From sequence record PV435126.1: a stretch of 64,000 bases of DNA; one strand, written 5' to 3'. Numbering within the stretch: the first letter of the stretch is position 1; each line of letters opens with the position of its first letter. The position numbers were made by a program, and so were the translations under genes. Positions 56,089-64,000 of this stretch are shown here, in pieces. The DNA comes from Escherichia phage EPFV3-03/2025. Below the pieces are notes generated by a model. The model searched no databases and was not told the DNA's origin. It saw nothing but the letters and a program-made list of their open reading frames with translations.

Positions 56089-56400
56089 TTATTTAGCAAT
56101 CACTATAGAATACTTACGATTGTCAGAAGCATCACAGCTCAATGATTGCCAGTCTACCACATACCACGTATCATTGTCAACAATTACTTTATCGCCTGTT
56201 CTGTAGCAGGTGCTGCTTTCAATAATCCTAGACTCGATAAAGAATCTGTGTCGGCGCTCACGTAGCAACGCTAAGTTGATTATATTACCACCACTGTCCT
56301 TGGTCCACACATTCTTGGATCCTTTATTTGCCAAAATTGTCTCGCCGTTATATACAAACAGGCAGTATATTTTATTCAGTCTCTCTTGTATTGTAGCCAT
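56089..56400 (-). CDS. hypothetical protein (103 aa)
   Basis: Start moved to ATG 56400 after AAGGAGAAGG and downstream of promoter 56431-56459. Confidence 0.45.
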   Translation of the reverse strand: MATIQERLNKIYCLFVYNGETILANKGSKNVWTKDSGGNIINLALLRERRHRFFIESRIIESSTCYRTGDKVIVDNDTWYVVDWQSLSCDASDNRKYSIVIAK

Positions 56401-56430
56401 ACTGTGTCCTTCTCCTTGTTTTGTCCAATA

Positions 56431-56459
56431 ATAATATCTAAAGCTCACCTGTTTGTCAA
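56431..56459 (-). promoter_or_regulatory. sigma70-type promoter (minus strand)
   Basis: -35 TTGACA (rc of 56454-56459), 17-bp spacer, -10 TATTAT (rc of 56431-56436). Confidence 0.5.
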
Positions 56460-56503
56460 CAACTGTTTTAGATATTTAAGGGTGGAATAACCACCCTTCT
56501 GTA

Positions 56504-57292
56504 TTACTCGGAAACAGGAGTCCAAATATGATTTGCACGATCCTCAATAAGATTGAGTGCAATCTGACGGCCTAACCCGGAACGAACGACATCGTCTGGA
56601 CTATCAAAGCTAATCATTCCAACCTCAGGATCTGGATGACGCGTAAAGAAATCTGTCACCCATGCAAGGCCAGATTTACCAGGGATGTCACGTTGGCTGT
56701 TATCGCCCATAATTACAAGGGTGGCCTGATCAGAGATCCTTGTGATAATTGACAACATTTCTTCAGGATTGGTTTGCTGTGCTTCATCAATAAGGACAAA
56801 GCATCGTTCATCAAAACTACGACCACGAATGCTTTCAACCTCACAAATCTCGATACGGCTGTTCTGACCGTCCCCAAGCATTGCTGCAAAAGCACCTTTG
56901 CCAACACGACGACAAATCGTGTCCATCATGCTTCTAAGATAGGGCCACAGTTTCTGCATTGCATTTCCAGGTTTAAATCCTGAAGTCTTTCCTGTCTGAA
57001 CGTAAGGGCGTGCAACAATGATCTTATCAATCTCGTTCTTGCGCAGAAGATCCCCCGCATATGCAGATGCCATGAATGTCTTACCGGATCCAAACACACC
57101 GTTTACAATGATAATCTTACGCGACCCTAGATAATCAAGATACTTTTGCTGCTTTTTATTCATTGGTCGGAGAGCTGGAGCGGTGTGCTCTCGTTCGTCA
57201 GCAAATTTTTCAGCAGCCTTACGCAGGCGATCAGATTTGCGAGCCTCTCTAGCTTCATCACGCATGCGTTTTGTTTCTTTAGCTCGACCCAT
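56504..57292 (-). CDS. phoH: PhoH-like ATPase (262 aa)
   Basis: Walker A GVFGSGKTFMA; VLIDEAQQT; PhoH-like conserved C-terminal region. Confidence 0.85.
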   Translation of the reverse strand: MGRAKETKRMRDEAREARKSDRLRKAAEKFADEREHTAPALRPMNKKQQKYLDYLGSRKIIIVNGVFGSGKTFMASAYAGDLLRKNEIDKIIVARPYVQTGKTSGFKPGNAMQKLWPYLRSMMDTICRRVGKGAFAAMLGDGQNSRIEICEVESIRGRSFDERCFVLIDEAQQTNPEEMLSIITRISDQATLVIMGDNSQRDIPGKSGLAWVTDFFTRHPDPEVGMISFDSPDDVVRSGLGRQIALNLIEDRANHIWTPVSE

Positions 57293-57330
57293 GTTGGGAC
57301 TCCTTTCAGATTGAGATGTGCCAAGTACTT

Positions 57331-57681
57331 TTACTGCAATAGTTTTTCAATAGCCGCTTCCATGCTGCTTGCAACAGCCTGAACTCGGATATTCATCTCT
57401 TCTTGGTGGATCAGCTCCTTAAGCTCTTTAATGGTAAATTCTTTAGAGAAACCTTCCACCATAATCTTGTGTAAGGCTTCTTGCGTATCTACCTGCAAGA
57501 ACTTTTCCAGTTTGTTGGCAGAGGCTTCTAAATCAGCCCGAATACGAGGGTCATCTGTGCGATTCAGCATCAGGCGTAAGCCATCAAGATTAGTAGAAAT
57601 AGCGTCTGCATGTTGAGTAACTAACCGTGGCAAAATGAGATCTACAAACTTATTAGCCAAATCGATACGTTCTTGTGTCAC
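57331..57681 (-). CDS. hypothetical protein (116 aa)
   Basis: GTG start overlapping stop of upstream small peptide ORF. Confidence 0.45.
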   Translation of the reverse strand: MTQERIDLANKFVDLILPRLVTQHADAISTNLDGLRLMLNRTDDPRIRADLEASANKLEKFLQVDTQEALHKIMVEGFSKEFTIKELKELIHQEEMNIRVQAVASSMEAAIEKLLQ

Positions 57682-57791
57682 TGTTGCACCCCCTCTTCAT
57701 CCTCATGATGTTTCTTTTCACGCTTGTGTTTTTTCTTAAGCTCAAGCGCAATCTCTTTTTTGTACGCCTTCTTCAAGGCCTTTTTAGCCAT
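57678..57791 (-). CDS. hypothetical small basic peptide (37 aa)
   Basis: ATG 57791 after GAGGAGG; Lys-rich; GTGA overlap with next gene; downstream of promoter 57821-57850. Confidence 0.35.
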   Translation of the reverse strand: MAKKALKKAYKKEIALELKKKHKREKKHHEDEEGVQQ

Positions 57792-57820
57792 TTGGCACCT
57801 CCTCTGCTTTCATTACGCTA

Positions 57821-57850
57821 ATTATAACCAACTTAACAAGACTTTGTCAA
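57821..57850 (-). promoter_or_regulatory. sigma70-type promoter (minus strand)
   Basis: -35 TTGACA (rc of 57845-57850), 18-bp spacer, -10 TATAAT (rc of 57821-57826). Confidence 0.5.
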
Positions 57851-57853
57851 CAA

Positions 57854-58327
57854 TTAGTCAACCTGAACCCAACCGCCTGCTACCTTTTTAAACATTCTTT
57901 GGTTATCGCTGCCTCGGAATGGTTTCTTGGTTGGTAAATCTTTTACATACTTTCCATCAATGACGATATCAGCCAGTTTAAGAACATCACTAGAGATATG
58001 CTCAAATGTGAACCCAGTATACACAAGAATAGTTTTCTTGTCACCAAACTTTTCCTTAATTCTCCTCATAAGGTCAATAATACCTGGCTCATTATAAGTA
58101 GCCAAAGGCTCTCCACCAAGTAAAGAAATACCGCATACAGATTCATTGTCTAAATCCAACAAAATTTTCTGCAAATCTTCTTCGGTGAACTCTCTTCCTT
58201 TATCTTTTGACCAAAATGCTTGATTAAAGCAACCAGGACAAGCGTGTGGGCACCCAGATACCCACAAAGCTGTCCTAATACCTGGTCCCTCGGTGTAAGA
58301 TATCTCTGTATACCCGACAATATTCAT
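57854..58327 (-). CDS. nrdG: anaerobic ribonucleotide reductase activating protein NrdG (radical SAM)
   Basis: MNIVGY...EGPGIRTALWVSGCPHACPGCFN matches NrdG N-terminal CxxxCxxC cluster; start taken at ATG 58327. Confidence 0.85.
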   Translation of the reverse strand: MNIVGYTEISYTEGPGIRTALWVSGCPHACPGCFNQAFWSKDKGREFTEEDLQKILLDLDNESVCGISLLGGEPLATYNEPGIIDLMRRIKEKFGDKKTILVYTGFTFEHISSDVLKLADIVIDGKYVKDLPTKKPFRGSDNQRMFKKVAGGWVQVD

Positions 58328-58440
58328 ACATACTCCGCATCGCATTTAGGACAATGCCAAATAAAATCGTCCAGTGCCTTACACCAACGAAGATTGCAAT
58401 GACAACCACACTTGCAAATTTTATAAATACCTGTAGACAT
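58324..58440 (-). CDS. hypothetical Cys-rich small peptide (38 aa)
   Basis: ATG 58440 after AGGAGG; CKCGCHC...HCPKC; ATGA overlap with nrdG start. Confidence 0.35.
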   Translation of the reverse strand: MSTGIYKICKCGCHCNLRWCKALDDFIWHCPKCDAEYV

Positions 58441-58503
58441 ACTGCACCTCCTAGTTTACTGTGTAACAACAATATGCCACATCCTTGTGACTTTTGTCAA
58501 GTA

Positions 58504-59466
58504 TCAGCAACCACAACTTCCGTAGTGCTTAACCCGTTCTATAACCTCCGCTTGCTTACCTTTATTGTAAGGACGAGAGTTTGGACTGGACAGATACCCG
58601 GATACGCGTCTGATCACACTGATCGTTCCTTCTTCATGGTTTCCACATTCTGGGCATACAAAGCCTTTAGCTGTTGCACTGAACTCACCAGAGAATCCAC
58701 ACTTAAGACATTTATCCACAGGCTGGTTAATACCAAAATACATAATGTGTTTATATCCGAAATCAACAAGAGCTTCCAAAGCATCTAAGTTGTTTTTCAG
58801 ATTTGGTGTCTCTATGTACCCAATGTTGCCACCAGAGGAGATCATAGCAAAACCTTCCTCATACTTCCACTTATCAAAAGGCGAGCTATTGATCCATACT
58901 GGCTGATGGAAACTGTTGGTGAGGTATTCATGCTCGTGCTTCAACACTTCTGGGTATTCACGATCCAGACAGGTTGCAGCTTTATAGCATAAACTCTCAG
59001 AAGGTGTGCCGTACAAGCTAAATGCTAGTCCACTTTCCTTCTTGTATCGCTCACAAGCATCTTTCATGTGCTGAAGGATTCCAAGAGCTAAAGCCTTGTC
59101 ACCCTCTCTGCCCAAAATCTGACAGGTTTCATACACACCAATATACCCAATACTGATGGAAGCGTACCCGTCATAGAAGAGTTTATCGATACTCTCTTCA
59201 GGATCCAGGCGAGCAAGAGCTCCTTCACACCACATGATAGGGTTCTGCCCTGCCTTTGTTCCTTTTAGACGGTTAACCCTTACAAGGTGAGCCTCATATG
59301 CCAAATCCAAATATTCGTCAAGAACTGCAAAGAAATCAACACCTTCCGTTTTAGCTTTTGCCGCAATCATTGGTAGGTTAAGGCTAACAACACCCAAGTT
59401 GAATCTGCCAAGGTATTTCTCCTCGCCTGTTACAGGGTCGCTATATTTCGATAAGAAACTTCTACA
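58504..59466 (-). CDS. nrdD: anaerobic ribonucleoside-triphosphate reductase NrdD, exon 2
   Basis: Begins CRSFLSKYSD...GRFNLGVVSLNLP; C-terminal glycyl-radical motif RRVSGYL and Cys cluster. Confidence 0.85.
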   Translation of the reverse strand, partial: CRSFLSKYSDPVTGEEKYLGRFNLGVVSLNLPMIAAKAKTEGVDFFAVLDEYLDLAYEAHLVRVNRLKGTKAGQNPIMWCEGALARLDPEESIDKLFYDGYASISIGYIGVYETCQILGREGDKALALGILQHMKDACERYKKESGLAFSLYGTPSESLCYKAATCLDREYPEVLKHEHEYLTNSFHQPVWINSSPFDKWKYEEGFAMISSGGNIGYIETPNLKNNLDALEALVDFGYKHIMYFGINQPVDKCLKCGFSGEFSATAKGFVCPECGNHEEGTISVIRRVSGYLSSPNSRPYNKGKQAEVIERVKHYGSCGC

Positions 59467-60228
59467 CATTATGTTCAAGGTGGTTCGCAAGGCCACCCCC
59501 GCACCTTTACGTGCTGCTGCATGTCCCCATGCAGATCAGACTATATCTTCACACTTAGTGTGTCTACCATTTCGAGTGTCATCAGCTTACACCCTACACC
59601 GCTACATTCATCACGGTTAGTCGTTAGGCATTTCGTAACAGAACTCGTAATCATAGTTATTAGGTGCACCACGTTTCAGGATAGCAGATATTCTTTTTCT
59701 ATCTATTCCTAAAACATCAGCACAACATCTCAGACTCTTAAAGTGAATAACCACACCAGTTAATTTGTGGGTGGCTTTCACCCCGTGACATCTTGTGTAA
59801 AAAGCATAACAGTTGTTGTCGTATCCTTCTTGAGTATTGTCTGGGCAAGCTCCCCACTCAAGGTTGTATACGCTGTTATCTTTCCTGTTGTCACCTTTGT
59901 GCTTAACATATGGTAAATTGTCTGGATTTGGTAAAAACGCTTCAGCAACAAGTCTGTGAACCCTTAGGCAAACAGTCTTTTTGTTCTTGCGTATCCTGAC
60001 AAGACGGTAACCTGTGTTTATCTCTTCCCACGAATGAATAATTCTTTCATTTTCGTATCGGGTGCAATAAACATTGCCCATCTCGTCAATTTCATAACCT
60101 TCAAAATCACGAATTTGTTTTCTCATTTCAGGACTCCTCTTAGTCAGGAGTTCTGTTACGTTTAGCACGGGATTGTCCGTTCTGGAGTTTCCCCGTTTAG
60201 ATAGATTTTACATGAGCAGTTATAGTTT
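59467..60228 (-). mobile_element. group I intron in nrdD carrying an HNH homing endonuclease ORF
   Basis: Exon 1 ends ...TSMG (after U), exon 2 begins CRSFL (after G); S-like element aagatatagtct (rc of 59538-59549); splice joins two halves of a full-length NrdD. Confidence 0.65.
59617..60126 (-). CDS. HNH homing endonuclease (intron-encoded, 169 aa)
   Basis: VHRLVAEAF...NP...VKHKGDNRKDNSVYNLEWG HNH motif; ATG 60126 after AAGAGGAG. Confidence 0.8.
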   Translation of the reverse strand: MRKQIRDFEGYEIDEMGNVYCTRYENERIIHSWEEINTGYRLVRIRKNKKTVCLRVHRLVAEAFLPNPDNLPYVKHKGDNRKDNSVYNLEWGACPDNTQEGYDNNCYAFYTRCHGVKATHKLTGVVIHFKSLRCCADVLGIDRKRISAILKRGAPNNYDYEFCYEMPND

Positions 60229-61389
60229 ACCCATGCTTGTTACTTTGCCGTCTGTTGAACCTGTCACTTTACGATTCAGCGGAACAGAAACAAAGTCAGG
60301 ATAAATCCGCTCTGCAGAACATTCTAGAGCCAATCGTTTCAAATCGTAGTTAGGATCCCCAGGGTTCATGTTGACACCCTCCTCTAAGAAGAACAGCACT
60401 TTAGGGAACACAGGTGTGATCCGTTCTTCACCAAGACCCATTTTGTGAACTTTCAAGTAGTTTTTGGTAATCATTCTACCAAAGACCGAGGTATCTAGCC
60501 CTAAACTTAATGTGATGAATGGAGTTTGCCCGTTGACAGAAGTTAACGTATTGATTTGGTAGAGCAAAGTTTGCATACTATCAAACACGTCTTTATCTGT
60601 CATTTGCATTGCAACAGTCTCAGCATCTGGCAACCAATGTTCCTGACAAAATTTAAGGTTCTTCTCGTAGGTTGCTTCAGCATACTGTGCCAGATAATGA
60701 TCAATATGGCTCATGGTCTGACCACCATATTGAGCACTAGCTACTGCACTAGAGATTTGGCTAAGGATTGTTGTTGCAACCCCTATTGACTTCGGCTTAC
60801 TGACATGGGCGTTGCCAATGTTGAATCCGTTTTCCAGCATATCCGGATAATTTACCAAACAACAGTTTGTTAACGGACTGATCAGGTAGTCAAGATCATG
60901 CACATGGATGAAGCCTTTGTTGTGCTCTTCGGAGACACGGTCTGGCAGGATCTGTGTTGATGCAAGATGTTTGCTAAGGATTCCTGCAAGCAGGTCACGA
61001 TGAGTGTGTACATGATTAGTAGGCTTATTTGCGTTTTCTTTTGTAAATTCATCACAAGTACGATCCAAGAAGCCGCTAATATCTGCAAGCAGTTTTCCAC
61101 CTGCCTCTCTGTTATTATCCCTTGTCTGTCTATACTGGATGTATTCTCTGGCTGCACATTTTAAACCCATATCCATAAGAGCATCTTCAACAAGGATATG
61201 GATATTTTTTACAGAGATCGTGCACTGGTCAGTTGGCAGATTGTTGGCAACAACTTCATTAACCGCACAGGCAATCCGGTAAGCTTCTTCTTCAGTATGT
61301 CCAGACTCAAGTAAGGCGGACTCTGCCGCCTTGATCACCTTAATTCCGTTATAAAACTCTTCTCTACCGTCCCGTTTTACAACTTTCAC
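60229..61389 (-). CDS. nrdD: anaerobic ribonucleoside-triphosphate reductase NrdD, exon 1
   Basis: N-terminal ATP-cone-like MKVVKRDGREEFYNGIKV; ends ...KVTSMG at the splice site. Confidence 0.85.
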
Positions 61390-61664
61390 TTTTTCTCTCC
61401 AAAACCATTCTTAACAAAAGAGATGAAATCGTCAGCACCACCTATGTGGATACTGTCAAGGTTGCTTTCCAAGAAGATCTGAGGCAACGTTCTGGGAACA
61501 AATGGGCTACACTTCTCGATAAGCTCTTCTTTTGTGTATCCTTCACCTAGCGTCTTGTATACGAAAGGTATGCCTTTACTGACTGCAAATTCTTTTGCTC
61601 TTACACAATGTGGGCAGTTATCCTTACCGTAAATGATGATGAAAAAAGATTTTTCGCAGCTCAT
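61386..61664 (-). CDS. glutaredoxin/thioredoxin-like protein (92 aa)
   Basis: CPHC active-site motif near N-terminus (IIIYGKDNCPHCVRAK); sits between nrdD and nrdB. Confidence 0.7.
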   Translation of the reverse strand: MSCEKSFFIIIYGKDNCPHCVRAKEFAVSKGIPFVYKTLGEGYTKEELIEKCSPFVPRTLPQIFLESNLDSIHIGGADDFISFVKNGFGEKK

Positions 61665-61667
61665 ATA

Positions 61668-62756
61668 TTAAAACTCCCAAATTTCTTCTTCAGCGTCGTT
61701 AACAGTTGTGTTGACGCGGTAGTCAGTGTTCGACATTTCTTGGTTCGCCGTCTGTTGCAATGAAGGTTTCATCCACACCTGCATAAACGGTAGCGGGTCC
61801 TTTGTTGGCGGCACAAAGTCTTTGTCGATGTCGTAATAATCATAAATCGGTGAGCAGTTATAGTCAACCCATTCTTTAAGCAACGGTGAATTAAGACCTA
61901 TAATCGCTCTTCCTTCGCTGAAAATATAGTCACTCCAACCGTACTCCTTGGTCCGCACTTCGTCAAGAATTTCTTTTAACTCACCCTTAATCTCAAGAAA
62001 GCTTTGCTCCCATGCAGGATCATCAAGCAGGATATCGATGATAGCAAAATCACCTTTCGAATGCAGCATTTCATCAAGCATAATTTTTTGAACAAGTTGT
62101 GCCACTTGAACAAAAATACCTTGCTCAGCTACTGCGAACGTACATGCAAAACTTGCAATAAACTCAATACTTTCTAGAGCTAAAAGTGCAAAAAGTGCTC
62201 TAAGGATACATTTCCGTACAACATCTTCTTCAACACTGGAAGGATCCAGTCGGTATTTTGCACCAATAACCTCAAGCTCTTGCATATATTTGACAATAAC
62301 TCCAGATCTGCTCAGCACGTTCTGGTTTTCCTGAATCTCTTCTATAATCTCGCGAGCATTAGGAAGGCATTGTCTAACAATCTCTGAGTAAGTTAGTGCA
62401 TGAAGAACCTCAATCTCAGACTGCTTCATCAACAAGGTGAAAAGCTCACTGTTGGTGATAAATGGTGAAAACAGACAAATGATAGATCTTGCTGCAACAC
62501 TGTCTGCCTCCCATTGCCACATCAGTGTCTGCACCATCACATCGTAAGTTGACTTTGAGCATGTTACGAAATCAGAAATAGACTGTGACAAATCTACTTC
62601 GTCCTCTGCCCAATCTTGTTCTTTTTGTTTTTTGTATAGTTCAAACAGCTGTGGATACTTTTTGTTAATAGAGTCGTACATCCCCATCTGCTGTCCTAGA
62701 AACAGCGGATAATCACCAGTTTTATGAGCAGTGTTCTCAGTATTAAATACGGACAT
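61668..62756 (-). CDS. nrdB: ribonucleotide reductase class Ia beta subunit NrdB (362 aa)
   Basis: N-terminal similarity to NrdB; paired with nrdA upstream. Confidence 0.9.
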   Translation of the reverse strand: MSVFNTENTAHKTGDYPLFLGQQMGMYDSINKKYPQLFELYKKQKEQDWAEDEVDLSQSISDFVTCSKSTYDVMVQTLMWQWEADSVAARSIICLFSPFITNSELFTLLMKQSEIEVLHALTYSEIVRQCLPNAREIIEEIQENQNVLSRSGVIVKYMQELEVIGAKYRLDPSSVEEDVVRKCILRALFALLALESIEFIASFACTFAVAEQGIFVQVAQLVQKIMLDEMLHSKGDFAIIDILLDDPAWEQSFLEIKGELKEILDEVRTKEYGWSDYIFSEGRAIIGLNSPLLKEWVDYNCSPIYDYYDIDKDFVPPTKDPLPFMQVWMKPSLQQTANQEMSNTDYRVNTTVNDAEEEIWEF

Positions 62757-62794
62757 TATTCTACCTCTAAAATGGGGCCGAAGCCCCTTTTAAA

Positions 62795-64000
62795 TTACAG
62801 TGCACAACTTTCGCAATACGGATCTTCAACTGAACTATCTGCAATCAAAGGATAGTTCTTTCTTGTTTCATCTTCAGCCTGTTTCTTCGCGTGAAGCTCC
62901 TCTGTCAAAGAGTCACCAGCACCAACCCTAGAGTTTAAGTAATACCATGTCTTCATCCCGAATTTAGTAGCACGGATAAGATACCCAAGCTGCTCCTTCA
63001 TTGAAATTTTACCATCTTTCAACTTGGTGTAATCAATATATAGGTCAGCACTGATTGCCTGTCCTGTGAATTTTTGAATCACAGCATACATATCAATCAT
63101 GTCGTTAGTATCAACGTCCCAAGCCGAGGTATAATACTCTTTCAGTTCATCATATTCAGGAACGATAAACAGCACCTGTCCTTGTGGCGACTTTTTAAAG
63201 ATAATGTGCTCACGGACAGGATAAACCCCGTTAGTTGTGTTTGTTGCCAACGAGGAGCTTTCATTAGGCATATATGCTTCAAGAACGCTATTACGTAGTC
63301 CACCGTTTTCAATAATTTCTTTACGTAACCCTTCCCAATCCTGCTTAAGAGAAGGATCTTTCACCACACTATCGACCTCTTTGTTATAAGTGTCGATTGG
63401 TAACCAACCCTCTGGGTATTTTGTTTTATGCATCCACTCGCAGACACCACGCTCTTTTGCCAATCGTAAACTTGCCTTATGCAAGCTGTAGCTGTGAAGC
63501 TCTGCAAGATCGTGAACAAGCTGTTTACTTTCAGGAGACCCGTAAGCAACCTTGTGGCTGGCAATAAAATGTGCAATATTGGTAAGGCCAACCCCGATGG
63601 ATCTGCGTTTTTTAACAGTGCTCTCCATATTTTCATACGGATATGTCATGATTTCCATAACATTGTCAATCATAAGCACAGTGTAGTATGCAACATCCTC
63701 ATACTCCTCTGGGGTAACCCTTCCAGCTACAAGGGATGATAGGAAGCACAATGCAACCTCACCATCATCAGCATCGTACTTGAAGATATTACGCATATCT
63801 GAATAGCCTTTTGTCGGAAGGGCTATCTCTGCACACAGATTACTTGAATAGATTACATCTTTAAAAGGTGTATGCCTATTCATCTCATCTGTCCAGTACA
63901 CATACAGCCTGCCTACCTCGGTACGCTGCGTGATCAGTTCAACAGCAAGGTCTCTAGCACGGATCCATGTTTTAGGAATGCTGTCATCTTTAGCGATACG
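62795..64000 (-). CDS. nrdA: ribonucleotide reductase class Ia alpha subunit NrdA, C-terminal part (5' end outside window)
   Basis: SSNLCAEIALPT active-site segment; C-terminal ...CESCAL; frame open to window edge. Confidence 0.9.
   Translation of the reverse strand, partial: RIAKDDSIPKTWIRARDLAVELITQRTEVGRLYVYWTDEMNRHTPFKDVIYSSNLCAEIALPTKGYSDMRNIFKYDADDGEVALCFLSSLVAGRVTPEEYEDVAYYTVLMIDNVMEIMTYPYENMESTVKKRRSIGVGLTNIAHFIASHKVAYGSPESKQLVHDLAELHSYSLHKASLRLAKERGVCEWMHKTKYPEGWLPIDTYNKEVDSVVKDPSLKQDWEGLRKEIIENGGLRNSVLEAYMPNESSSLATNTTNGVYPVREHIIFKKSPQGQVLFIVPEYDELKEYYTSAWDVDTNDMIDMYAVIQKFTGQAISADLYIDYTKLKDGKISMKEQLGYLIRATKFGMKTWYYLNSRVGAGDSLTEELHAKKQAEDETRKNYPLIADSSVEDPYCESCAL

Noticed and set aside
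56477-56497. Hairpin agggtggaataaccaccct after phoH as terminator
   Set aside because: No U-tract on the transcribed (minus) strand; not called.
1-64000. tRNA genes (expected in some large phages)
   Set aside because: No T-arm-like GGTTCGAATCC and no cloverleaf candidates noticed by eye; tRNAscan-SE is needed to exclude them.

Overview
This window reads as a gene-dense segment of a large virulent dsDNA bacteriophage genome. All calls below come from reading the sequence and ORF track by eye; no database search, covariance model or tRNA scan was run. No rRNA, tRNA or CRISPR array was seen. Layout: (1) a short minus-strand block (1-3350) with a VWA/HExxH protein; (2) a long plus-strand block (3427-40126) with a MoxR-like AAA+ ATPase, a signal-peptide SleB-like hydrolase, an Hsp90-like GHKL ATPase, a Pif1/RecD-type helicase, a C5-methyltransferase-like protein, a Toprim/DnaB-type primase-helicase, a family A DNA polymerase interrupted by an intein and by a small group I intron, an SSB-like protein with a DDIPF tail, a macro-domain protein, and two arrays of small genes with their own sigma70-type promoters; (3) a 2.5 kb non-coding region (40.2-42.7 kb) full of iterons and inverted repeats, where transcription from both sides converges; (4) a minus-strand block (42.7-64 kb) with tandem paralogous small ORFs, a ribosome hibernation factor (HPF) homologue, a Dam-like methyltransferase, a ClpP-family protease, PhoH, and the module nrdG - nrdD (split by a group I intron carrying an HNH endonuclease) - glutaredoxin - nrdB - nrdA, with nrdA running off the window edge. 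Consensus TTGACA-N16/17-TATAAT promoters suggest a Gram-negative host. No structural or packaging genes were recognised. The most notable candidates are the doubly interrupted polymerase, the phage HPF homologue, the Hsp90-like ATPase, the macro-domain protein, the repeated operator-like promoter element, the Fur-box-like twin repeats and the large iteron-rich non-coding region. Most small ORFs are listed at low confidence.
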